A DNA stretch of 59,623 nucleotides. It comes from Burkholderiales bacterium. GTDB taxonomy: Bacteria; Pseudomonadota; Gammaproteobacteria; Burkholderiales; JAHFRG01. Both the position numbers and the translations under genes were made by a program. This document shows, in pieces, positions 41,358-49,866 of this stretch. The stretch is from contig DASPRI010000209.1 of assembly GCA_035624535.1 (NCBI GenBank), positions 1 through 59,623 of the forward strand. The letters are read 5' to 3'. Under the pieces are notes generated by a model. The model ran no database searches and was not told where the DNA came from. It worked only from the letters and a program-made list of their open reading frames with translations. How positions within the stretch are numbered: position 1 is the first letter of the stretch; every line of letters starts with the position of its first letter.

Positions 41358-42347
41358 ATGAAGAAAAAATTCTCTATTCTCGGCTTGCTTTTTTTAACCG
41401 CGGGGGCTGTGACCGCTGATGATCAGCTCTTGCCGCAAGCAGCTCAAATTGACGCCCAGGCACCGGTCGAAACAGATTCAGTCGCGGCTACAGTAGAAGA
41501 GGAGCAGGAAACCGCGCGGCGTACGGACTATTCGCAGGATGGCGCCGATATGCAACCGGATTTGCCGCCTCTCGATCCGACCAAGTTACGCGGCATGCGT
41601 TCTGCGGCGGCTCTTGTTGTGGAACAACAGCGCGAGCGACCGCTATATGCCAAAAATACTGATGTGCCAATGCCGATCGCTTCAATTACCAAGTTGATGA
41701 CTGCGATGGTGGTGCTGGACGCTCAGTTACCGCTGGATGAACAAATTATCATTTCCAAAGAAGACGTAGACACGTTGCGTGGCACGCGGTCCAAGCTCAA
41801 AGTCGGTCTGGTTCTGTCGCGCCGTGATTTGCTGCAACTTGCCCTGATGTCATCGGAAAACCGCGCCGCTGCCGCTTTGGCGCGCACCTATCCCGGCGGG
41901 GTCGCTGCCTTTGTTGCGGCAATGAATGGCAAGGCGCAGGCATTGGAGATGACGGATACCCGGTTCGTGGACCCCACTGGCCTCGACAGGGGCAATGTTT
42001 CGACAGCACAGGATCTAGTCCGGATGGTGAAAGCGAGCTACGACTATGATTTGATACGCGAATTCACCACTGCGCCGTCATACGCGGTGGAGCTGCGCAA
42101 ACGCCGCAATCTGCCGTTCCACAATTCCAACCAATTGGTTCGAAGCAAGAGTTGGGACATCGGGCTGTCAAAAACCGGCTATATACGGGATTCGGGGCGC
42201 TGCCTGGTAATGCAGGCGAAGATCGCCGAGCAGGCGGTGATCATCGTGCTGCTTGATTCATGGGGTAAGTACACACGCATCGCGGACGCCAACCGAATTA
42301 AGAGGTGGATTGAAACGAGCCTGGCCTCCAAAGCACACTCAAGTTAA
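41358..42347 (+). CDS. pbpG: D-alanyl-D-alanine endopeptidase/carboxypeptidase, S11 family (PbpG-like)
   Basis: Signal peptide, SITKLMTAMVVLD (SxxK), SSENRAA (SxN) and LSKTGYI (KTG). Confidence 0.88.
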   Translation: MKKKFSILGLLFLTAGAVTADDQLLPQAAQIDAQAPVETDSVAATVEEEQETARRTDYSQDGADMQPDLPPLDPTKLRGMRSAAALVVEQQRERPLYAKNTDVPMPIASITKLMTAMVVLDAQLPLDEQIIISKEDVDTLRGTRSKLKVGLVLSRRDLLQLALMSSENRAAAALARTYPGGVAAFVAAMNGKAQALEMTDTRFVDPTGLDRGNVSTAQDLVRMVKASYDYDLIREFTTAPSYAVELRKRRNLPFHNSNQLVRSKSWDIGLSKTGYIRDSGRCLVMQAKIAEQAVIIVLLDSWGKYTRIADANRIKRWIETSLASKAHSS

Positions 42348-42355
42348 GAGCGGTA

Positions 42356-43333
42356 ATGGGTTCGGCCGGAGATCAGCGAGTCCGGTTTCATAGTCTTCCT
42401 TCAGCGCGACAAAATTTCCTCCACGATATTCTGATCGGGCTGGCCAGGCCACAGAAACAGATTCCCGCCAAGTATTTTTACGACCGCCGCGGTTGCGAAC
42501 TGTTCGCTGCCATTTGCGAGCTTCCTGAGTATTACTTGACCCGTACTGAAATCGCCATCATGCGACGCTTTGCCGCGGAAATGGCGCAGCTTTTGGGCGA
42601 GGGGTGCCTGCTAATCGAATACGGTAGCGGTGCAAGCCATAAAACACGGCTCTTGCTTAAGCACTTGCGCACACCCGCGTACATGGCTGTTGACATTGCT
42701 TGTGAACAACTGCGCGCTTCGTCGCGCGAGCTTGCACCGGAATTTCCGGGTATGCGGATATACGCGGTATGCGCGGATTATTCCAATCCCGTCCAGCTGC
42801 CTGAATTTCGTGCGCCCGGCGTCAACCGCAAGGCGATTTATTTCGCGGGTTCCACCATAGGCAATTTCACCAAGCCGGAGACCATCGACTTTTTAAAACG
42901 TGCAGTACAGGTTGTCGGTCCGCGAGGCGCAATGCTGGTGGGGGTGGACACGAAGAAATCCCGGGCGCGGCTCGACGCCGCTTACAATGACAGCAAGGGC
43001 GTCACTGCCGCATTCAATTTGAATTTGCTGGCACGCATCAACCGCGAGCTCAAAGGCAATTTCAGGTTGGAAAACTTTCGCCACCGCGCTTTTTATAATC
43101 TCCAGAAAGGCCGCATCGAAATGCATCTAGAAAGTGCGACCGCGCAACGGGTGGCGATAAAGGACAAGAGCTTCGATTTCAGGGCCGGGGAGACAATTCA
43201 TACCGAGAATTCCTATAAATATTCATTGGCCGAGTTTCAGCAATTAGCGCGGCAAGCCGGATTCAAGCCGCTGCGCGCATGGACCGACAAGCAGCAACTC
43301 TTCTCGGTTCACTGCCTGTGTGCCGATGGTTGA
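42356..43333 (+). CDS. EgtD-family SAM-dependent methyltransferase (L-histidine N-alpha-methyltransferase-like)
   Basis: IPAKYFYDRRGCELFAAICELPEYYLTRTE, LIEYGSGASHKTRLLL and FAGSTIGNF follow the EgtD/Methyltransf_33 pattern. Confidence 0.8.
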   Translation: MGSAGDQRVRFHSLPSARQNFLHDILIGLARPQKQIPAKYFYDRRGCELFAAICELPEYYLTRTEIAIMRRFAAEMAQLLGEGCLLIEYGSGASHKTRLLLKHLRTPAYMAVDIACEQLRASSRELAPEFPGMRIYAVCADYSNPVQLPEFRAPGVNRKAIYFAGSTIGNFTKPETIDFLKRAVQVVGPRGAMLVGVDTKKSRARLDAAYNDSKGVTAAFNLNLLARINRELKGNFRLENFRHRAFYNLQKGRIEMHLESATAQRVAIKDKSFDFRAGETIHTENSYKYSLAEFQQLARQAGFKPLRAWTDKQQLFSVHCLCADG

Positions 43334-43413
43334 TTTCGCACCCATCGGGCGAGAACGCCAAGGACCTTATGTTATGATTAATCGGTATTGGTTCATCATA
43401 AACGATGCGTGCG

Positions 43414-44145
43414 ATGCGTGTAGGTTTCTTTGTGACTTGCCTAGTGGATTTGATGCGTCCGCGCATCGGCTTCGCCGCATTGCGGCTCCTGAAAACCGCC
43501 GGTTACGACGTAATTGTGCCGGATACGCAAACTTGCTGTGGCCAGCCCGGATATAATTCCGGCGCCCGCAATTCCGCCAAGGCTTTGGCCCTAAAAGTCC
43601 TGCACGAATTCGCCGCTTGCGATTACCTGGTGGCGCCCTCTGGGTCATGCGCCGGGATGATACGCGAACATTATCCGCGCTTGTTCAAGGATGAACTGCA
43701 GCAGCTTGATAAGATCAGCGAGCTCTCGCGCCGCACTTATGAGCTCACGAGCTTTTTGGTCGACGTGGCAAATCTGCAGGAGATCCCGGGCACCTTTCGC
43801 GGCAGGATCACCTACCACGATTCATGTTCTGGCTTGCGCGAGCTGGGAGTAAAAAATCAGCCGCGCCAGCTGCTGGCCAAAATGCCCGGCTTGCAGCTGA
43901 CCGAGATGCAGGGCTGCGAGACTTGCTGCGGCTTCGGCGGCACATTTTCGGTCAAAATGGGGGATATCTCCACGCGCATGGCGGACAACAAATGCAATGC
44001 TATTGAAGCCAGCGGTGCCAATGCCGTGGTCTTGGGGGATTTGGGATGCATGCTGAATATCGAAGGCAGGCTGCGCCGGCGCGGAGACCGTAAGACCCAG
44101 GTGCTGCATGTGGCCGAAATATTGGCCGCGGAAAAGGGGTCCTAA
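43414..44145 (+). CDS. lutA: (Fe-S)-binding CCG-domain oxidoreductase LutA (YkgE-like)
   Basis: MRVGFFVTCLVDL...TCCGQPGYNSG...SGSCAGMIR...YHDSCSGLRELG...ETCCGFGGTFSVKM is collinear with E. coli YkgE. An alternative start exists at 43405. Confidence 0.9.
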   Translation: MRVGFFVTCLVDLMRPRIGFAALRLLKTAGYDVIVPDTQTCCGQPGYNSGARNSAKALALKVLHEFAACDYLVAPSGSCAGMIREHYPRLFKDELQQLDKISELSRRTYELTSFLVDVANLQEIPGTFRGRITYHDSCSGLRELGVKNQPRQLLAKMPGLQLTEMQGCETCCGFGGTFSVKMGDISTRMADNKCNAIEASGANAVVLGDLGCMLNIEGRLRRRGDRKTQVLHVAEILAAEKGS

Positions 44146-45560
44146 TGCAGCTCGCGTCCATGCACTTCAAGGCGCGCGCAAACGACAAGCTGCGCGATGC
44201 GCAACTGCAAAAATCGCTGTCCAAGGCGCAGGGCAAATTTGTTTTTGCGCGGGCCGACGCCATTCTCGAACTAGGGAATTTCGAGGCGTACCGGGATGCC
44301 GCAGCCACGATACGCGACCGCGCAATCCGCGATCTGGACATTTATCTCGAGCAGTTCGAACAGGCAGCAACCGCGCAGGGCGCGGTGGTGTATTGGGCAG
44401 AAACTGCGCAAGATGTGAATCGCATCGTTTGCGAGATTGCGGAAATCCATGGCGTGCGCAAAGCGGTCAAGTCAAAATCCATGGTGAGCGAAGAATGCGC
44501 GCTCAACGACGCATTGCAGGCGGCAGGCATCGAAGTAGTGGAATCCGATCTCGGAGAGTACATTTTGCAGCTTGCGCACGAGCCGCCGTCGCACATTGTC
44601 GCCCCGGTGGTGCACAAGAGCAAGGAGGAAATCTCGAATCTGTTCGAACAAAAGCACAAGAAACCGCGCAAGACCGGCATACCGGAACTCTGCCGCGAAG
44701 CACGCGAGATGCTGCGGCCCCATTTTCTTTCGGCGGACATGGGGATCTCGGGTGCTAATTTTTTGATAGCCGAAACGGGATCTACGCTTATAGTCACCAA
44801 CGAGGGCAATGGCCGCTTGACGACCACCCTGCCGCGAGTGCATGTGGCCATTACCGGCATCGAGAAAGTGGTGCCCACCTTGGAGGATCTTGCGACCCTG
44901 CTCCGTCTTTTGCCGCGTTCCGCCACGGGGCAGGCGATTACCAATTATGTATCCATCACTACCGGTATTAAAAGCGACGGAGAAAGCGACGGACCGGAGT
45001 ATTTTTACATCGTGCTGGTGGATGCAGGACGAAGCAAATTGCTGGGCGGGGCGATGCAGCCGATGCTGCGTTGCATCCGCTGCGGAGCATGCATGAATCA
45101 TTGCCCGGTATATCAGAATATCGGCGGCCATGCCTATGGCTGGGTGTATCCGGGTCCGATGGGCTCGGTGCTTACGCCTGTCTATGCCGGGCTGGAAAAC
45201 GCGCTGGATTTGCCCAATGCGTCCACTTTCTGCGGCGCCTGCGCGGCAGTGTGCCCGGTGAAAATTCCGCTCCCGGATTTGATGCGCCTGCTGCGCGAAC
45301 AGGAGATGGAGCGGGGCCTGCGCCCTTGGCAAGAGCGGCTGGCGCTGAAAATCTGGGCCTGGGCTGCGCTGTTTCCCGGTGCGTATTCGGTTTTCACGCG
45401 CATTGCGGCACGCATATTGAATTGGATTGCCGGAGAGGAAAAACTCTTGCATTATCTTCCCGGGGGACAGGGCTGGACCGGCGGGCGCGATTTGCCAGCG
45501 CCTGAAGGCCGAACGTTCCGTGAGCTGTACCACAAGCGAAAAAGCATGAGCCATGAATAA
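44145..45560 (+). CDS. lutB: Lactate utilization iron-sulfur protein LutB (YkgF-like)
   Basis: 471 aa; CIRCGACMNHCPVY and FCGACAAVCPVKIP 4Fe-4S motifs and a DUF162/LUD domain. TAATG overlap with lutA. Confidence 0.9.
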   Translation: MQLASMHFKARANDKLRDAQLQKSLSKAQGKFVFARADAILELGNFEAYRDAAATIRDRAIRDLDIYLEQFEQAATAQGAVVYWAETAQDVNRIVCEIAEIHGVRKAVKSKSMVSEECALNDALQAAGIEVVESDLGEYILQLAHEPPSHIVAPVVHKSKEEISNLFEQKHKKPRKTGIPELCREAREMLRPHFLSADMGISGANFLIAETGSTLIVTNEGNGRLTTTLPRVHVAITGIEKVVPTLEDLATLLRLLPRSATGQAITNYVSITTGIKSDGESDGPEYFYIVLVDAGRSKLLGGAMQPMLRCIRCGACMNHCPVYQNIGGHAYGWVYPGPMGSVLTPVYAGLENALDLPNASTFCGACAAVCPVKIPLPDLMRLLREQEMERGLRPWQERLALKIWAWAALFPGAYSVFTRIAARILNWIAGEEKLLHYLPGGQGWTGGRDLPAPEGRTFRELYHKRKSMSHE

Positions 45561-47061
45561 GCCCGCGGAAGCCCATTCCCTCTTGCCGTTATGGATCGGC
45601 GGGGAAAAGGTCGCCAGCCAAAGCGTGCGCTACGGTGACGTGACCAACCCGGCGAGTGGTGAGGTCATTCGTCGCGTGCCGTTTGCCAACAGCGCCGATA
45701 TTGATGCCGCAGTTGGCGCAGCCGGGCGGGCTTTTTCGGCTTGGTGCGAAACGCCTCCGCTGAAACGCGGGCGAATCATGATGCGTTTCTTGCAGCTTCT
45801 AGAGAAAAATCGCGATCGGTTGACGCGACTGGTAACAGAAGAACACGGCAAGACATTGGCCGACGCTGGCGGGTCGGTGCAACGCGGCATAGAGGTGGTG
45901 GAATTTTCATGCGGCGTTCCGCATTTGTTGAAAGGCGAACATGCGGAAAATATTGGTGCAGATATCGATTGCTATTCCCTGAGGCAGGCGCTGGGTATTT
46001 GCGCGGGAATTACGCCGTTTAATTTTCCGGTGATGGTGCCTTTGTGGATGTTTCCCGTGGCAATTGCCTGCGGTAACACGTTTATTCTGAAGCCCTCCGA
46101 AAAAGTGCCTTCAGCAAGCCTTTTCCTGGCGGAATTGCTCAAGGAGGCGGGACTGCCCGACGGTGTCTTCAACGTGGTGCACGGCGACAAGGAGGCAGTG
46201 GATGCGATTCTGCACCATCCGGAAATCAAGGCGGTCTCCTTTGTCGGTTCGACCCCGGTGGCCCGCTACATATATGAAACCTGCGCCGAGAACGGAAAAC
46301 GGGTACAGGCGCTGGGGGGAGCGAAAAACCATGCGGTGGTACTCCCCGACGCCGATATGGAATTCGCGGCGGATTCCTTGATCGGTGCGGCATACGGGTC
46401 GGCGGGTGAGCGCTGCATGGCGGTTTCGGCTGTCGTGGCGGTAGGCGATATAGCTGAATCTCTGGTCACGAAATTGCGCGCAAAAGCAGCCGCGCTAAAA
46501 GTCGGACCGGGCGACAGTGAGAACACAGAAATGGGCCCGTTGATTACGCGCGCCCATCGCGACCGCGTGGCAAAGTACATTGAGCTGGGTGAAAAACAAG
46601 GCGCCAAACTGGTACTGGACGGACGCGGCCTCAAGATTCCAGGCCATGAAAGCGGCTTTTATCTTGGCCCCACGCTGTTCGATCATGTTAGGCCTGAAAT
46701 GGCGATTTACCGAGATGAAATTTTTGGCCCGGTGCTGATTGTATTGCGCGTCGGGGATTTCAACGAAGCAATACGGCTTGTCAACCGCAACCCGCATGCC
46801 AATGGCACGGCGATCTTCACGCGCACTGGAGCACTGGCGCGGCGCTTTCAGCATGAAATCGAAGTGGGCATGGTCGGCATCAATATACCGATTCCGGTTC
46901 CGATGGCGTACTTTTCATTTGGCGGCTGGAAAAACTCCCTGTTTGGCGATTTGCATGTGCACGGTACCGAAGGCATCCAGTTTTATACGCGCAGCAAGGT
47001 CGTTACCTGCCGCTGGCCGACGCAAACGGAAAAACCCAAACTCGATATGCCTACCCACTGA
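45553..47061 (+). CDS. mmsA: CoA-acylating methylmalonate-semialdehyde dehydrogenase family aldehyde dehydrogenase
   Basis: FNFPVMVPLWMFPVAIACGNTFILKPSEK, GERCMA (catalytic Cys) and INIPIPVPMAYFSFGGWKNSLFGD are MMSDH-type signatures. It overlaps the lutB stop by 8 nt. Confidence 0.85.
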   Translation: MNKPAEAHSLLPLWIGGEKVASQSVRYGDVTNPASGEVIRRVPFANSADIDAAVGAAGRAFSAWCETPPLKRGRIMMRFLQLLEKNRDRLTRLVTEEHGKTLADAGGSVQRGIEVVEFSCGVPHLLKGEHAENIGADIDCYSLRQALGICAGITPFNFPVMVPLWMFPVAIACGNTFILKPSEKVPSASLFLAELLKEAGLPDGVFNVVHGDKEAVDAILHHPEIKAVSFVGSTPVARYIYETCAENGKRVQALGGAKNHAVVLPDADMEFAADSLIGAAYGSAGERCMAVSAVVAVGDIAESLVTKLRAKAAALKVGPGDSENTEMGPLITRAHRDRVAKYIELGEKQGAKLVLDGRGLKIPGHESGFYLGPTLFDHVRPEMAIYRDEIFGPVLIVLRVGDFNEAIRLVNRNPHANGTAIFTRTGALARRFQHEIEVGMVGINIPIPVPMAYFSFGGWKNSLFGDLHVHGTEGIQFYTRSKVVTCRWPTQTEKPKLDMPTH

Positions 47062-47705
47062 TGAGCGCACGAGAAAACACCTTGCACCGCATTCGCGCGG
47101 CGCTTGGCAAAAGCGCGGGCCGCAGCGATTGGGAGCAAGTTGCAGCTTATATCCGGCAACACACCCCGGGACCAAGGCCGCAGGCTGAATGGAACATCGT
47201 GACGCGCTTTCGGGAGCGTGCCCTGAATTCGGCCAGCAGCGTGGACCAGGTCACCTCACGGGGCGAACTGCCAGAAGCGGTAGCGCGTTATCTGCGCGAG
47301 CAACGCCTTCCACTGCAGGCAGTATGCTGGCCGGAATTCGCGCAGCTCGACTGGTCAGGTCAGGAAATAATTGTCGAGGTGCGGCCTGCGAACGGAAGTG
47401 ATCTGGTGGGAATAACCGGCGCATTCTGTGCCATTGCGGAAACCGGGACACTGGTGATGCTCTCGGGAAAGGACACTCCTGCCTCAACCAGCCTGTTACC
47501 GGAAACGCACATTGCCTTGGTGGACACGACGCGCATCGTGAGGGGCATGGAGGAAGCCTGGGTTTTGTTGCGGCGTGAATGCGCAACGATGCCGCGCGCC
47601 GTCAACTTTATTTCCGGGCCTTCGAGGACCGCGGATATCGAGCAGACGATCGTGCTCGGGGCCCACGGACCGTACCGCGTGCATATCGTAATTGTCCAGC
47701 GGTAG
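47061..47705 (+). CDS. lutC: Lactate utilization protein LutC (LUD domain, YkgG-like)
   Basis: 214 aa; GITGAFCAIAETGTLVM and SGPSRTADIEQTIVLGAHGP motifs. TGATG overlap with the mmsA stop. Confidence 0.85.
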   Translation: MSARENTLHRIRAALGKSAGRSDWEQVAAYIRQHTPGPRPQAEWNIVTRFRERALNSASSVDQVTSRGELPEAVARYLREQRLPLQAVCWPEFAQLDWSGQEIIVEVRPANGSDLVGITGAFCAIAETGTLVMLSGKDTPASTSLLPETHIALVDTTRIVRGMEEAWVLLRRECATMPRAVNFISGPSRTADIEQTIVLGAHGPYRVHIVIVQR

Positions 47706-47800
47706 TTATTTCTTTAGTCGGTGATCTGCATTAGCAAGGATGTCTTTGTTCATCCAAAGTTGTGACGGCCTTCCTGCCGCGACATGTCGAGGAAAATTTC

Positions 47801-49780
47801 ATGAACGCTGCCAACTCTGAAATAGCCGGCGCGGAAGCAAACGGCGCATGGGATGCTCGGCATGTCCAAGGCCAAACGCTGTGGCCGATCACCGATCACG
47901 ACGTTTTTTTATTCAAAGAAGGAACTCATTACCGTTTGTATGACAAACTTGGGGCGCACTTGGTAGTCGTCGACGGGGAAGCCGCGGTGCATTTCGCAGT
48001 GTGGGCACCCAACGCAGAAGCGGTTTCGGTAATCGGGGATTTCAACGGCTGGGATCCGTCTAGGCACCGGTTGCAGGTTCGTGGCGACAGTTCGGGAATC
48101 TGGGAGGGCGTCATTCGCGGAATCGGCAGCGGCGCGCTCTACAAATACCGAATCCGTTCGCGCACCAATGCTTACGAGACTGACAAAAGCGATCCCTTTG
48201 CGTTTTCCTGCCAACGGCCTCCTGCGACCGCGTCGAGAGTTTCCGGCCTCGATTATGATTGGGGAGACCATGACTGGATGACCGCGCGCAGCGCGGCGAT
48301 GGCCAGGGAAGCGCCAGTCTCGATTTACGAGGTGCATTTGGGATCCTGGCGCAGAATTCCGGAACAAGGCAACCGACCATTCAGCTATCGCGAAATCGCG
48401 CAACCGCTTGCCGACTACGTCCAGCGCATGGGCTTTACCCATGTTGAATTTATGCCTTTAATGGAGCATCCGTTTTACGGCTCATGGGGATACCAGATTA
48501 CGGGCTACTTCGCGGCGTCTGCCCGCTATGGAACTCCACAGGATTTGATGTACCTGGTGGATTATCTTCATCAACGCGGGATTGGTGTCATTTTTGACTG
48601 GGTGCCGTCGCACTTTCCCAACGATGCGCACGGACTCGTCTATTTCGATGGCACGCACCTGTTTGAACATTCGGATCCCCGCCAGGGATATCACCCGGAA
48701 TGGAGCAGTTGCGTCTTTAATTACGGCCGCCATGAAGTGCGCGCCTTCCTCATGAGCAGCGCGCTGTTCTGGCTTGACAAATATCATGTTGATGGTCTGC
48801 GTATCGATGGTGTCGCATCGATGCTTTACCTCGATTACGCACGGAAGGAAGGCGAATGGATTCCCAATATTTACGGCGGGAGGGAGAATCTGGACGCCGT
48901 GCAATTCCTGCGTCGCCTGAACGAGGCAGTGTACCGCGATCATCCGGACGTTCACACCATCGCCGAAGAATCGACCGCGTGGCCCATGGTCACGCGTCCC
49001 ACATCGGTCGGGGGACTGGGATTTGGCTACAAGTGGAACATGGGATGGATGCACGATATGTTGCGTTACATGGCTGAGGACCCGGTGCACCGAAAATATC
49101 ACCACGACAAGTTGGCATTTTGCATCTGGTATGCATTCAGCGAGAACTACATTCTGCCGCTGTCGCACGATGAGGTGGTCCATGGCAAGGGCGCACTGAT
49201 CGGCAAGATGCCGGGGGACGAGTGGCAGCGATTCGCCAATTTGCGTCTGCTTTACGGCTATATGTGGGCGCACCCCGGAAAGAAACTGCTTTTCATGGGC
49301 GGAGAATTCGCCCAGTACAGCGAATGGCGACATGACGACGACCTCGACTGGAATGTCCTGGACTACCGCCTCCACCGCGGGGTGCAGGACTGGGTAGCCG
49401 ATCTCAACAGCACCTATCGCGCCCAGCCGGCACTGCACGAGCGCGATTGTGAATCGCTCGGGTTTGAATGGGTGGAATGGCAGGACCGGGACAGCAGTGT
49501 GTTGAGTTTCCTGCGCATCGGCCATTCCACGCGCAACGCGGTGCTCGTGGTCTGCAATTTTACCCCGGTGGTGCGTGCGGGCTACCGGGTAGGCGTGCCC
49601 TGCGGCGGATGGTGGCAGGAACTGCTCAATAGCGATGCACTCGAATATGGCGGCTCCGGGGTCGGGAATTCGGGTGGAACAGAGGCGCGACGCGAGCCGC
49701 ATCACGGGCGGGAGTGGTCATTGCATCTTAATCTCCCGCCCCTCGGAGTGGTCTGGCTAAAGAGCCCATCCGGCGAGTAG
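47801..49780 (+). CDS. glgB: 1,4-alpha-glucan branching enzyme GlgB
   Basis: [54 protein letters not shown] and IAEESTAWP motifs. The ATG at 47801 is preceded by GAGGA. The ORF-track GTG at 47762 is also possible. Confidence 0.93.
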   Translation: MNAANSEIAGAEANGAWDARHVQGQTLWPITDHDVFLFKEGTHYRLYDKLGAHLVVVDGEAAVHFAVWAPNAEAVSVIGDFNGWDPSRHRLQVRGDSSGIWEGVIRGIGSGALYKYRIRSRTNAYETDKSDPFAFSCQRPPATASRVSGLDYDWGDHDWMTARSAAMAREAPVSIYEVHLGSWRRIPEQGNRPFSYREIAQPLADYVQRMGFTHVEFMPLMEHPFYGSWGYQITGYFAASARYGTPQDLMYLVDYLHQRGIGVIFDWVPSHFPNDAHGLVYFDGTHLFEHSDPRQGYHPEWSSCVFNYGRHEVRAFLMSSALFWLDKYHVDGLRIDGVASMLYLDYARKEGEWIPNIYGGRENLDAVQFLRRLNEAVYRDHPDVHTIAEESTAWPMVTRPTSVGGLGFGYKWNMGWMHDMLRYMAEDPVHRKYHHDKLAFCIWYAFSENYILPLSHDEVVHGKGALIGKMPGDEWQRFANLRLLYGYMWAHPGKKLLFMGGEFAQYSEWRHDDDLDWNVLDYRLHRGVQDWVADLNSTYRAQPALHERDCESLGFEWVEWQDRDSSVLSFLRIGHSTRNAVLVVCNFTPVVRAGYRVGVPCGGWWQELLNSDALEYGGSGVGNSGGTEARREPHHGREWSLHLNLPPLGVVWLKSPSGE

Positions 49781-49866
49781 CACAGCGTGTATTTGTCATC
49801 GACGAAGAAGCCCGTGGCATCGGACGCGCTGCTCTGCGGAGCGTGCGTTTCCCTCGCGAAAATAAA

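Noticed and set aside
41143-41361. 72 aa ORF in the exporter-pbpG intergenic region, and the 63 aa ORF at 39059-39250
   Set aside because: Both have non-ATG starts, no RBS and no recognisable domain, and they lie in AT-rich promoter-like DNA.
44472-45554. 360 aa minus-strand ORF antisense to lutB, plus the 200 aa ORF at 44342-44944
   Set aside because: The plus frame has two clear 4Fe-4S CxxCxxCxxxCP motifs and a LUD domain. The antisense products are low-complexity Arg/Ala/Gly-rich.
48482-49705. 407 aa minus-strand ORF antisense to glgB
   Set aside because: The plus frame has all GH13 branching-enzyme motifs. The antisense ORF has no motif and reversed codon bias.
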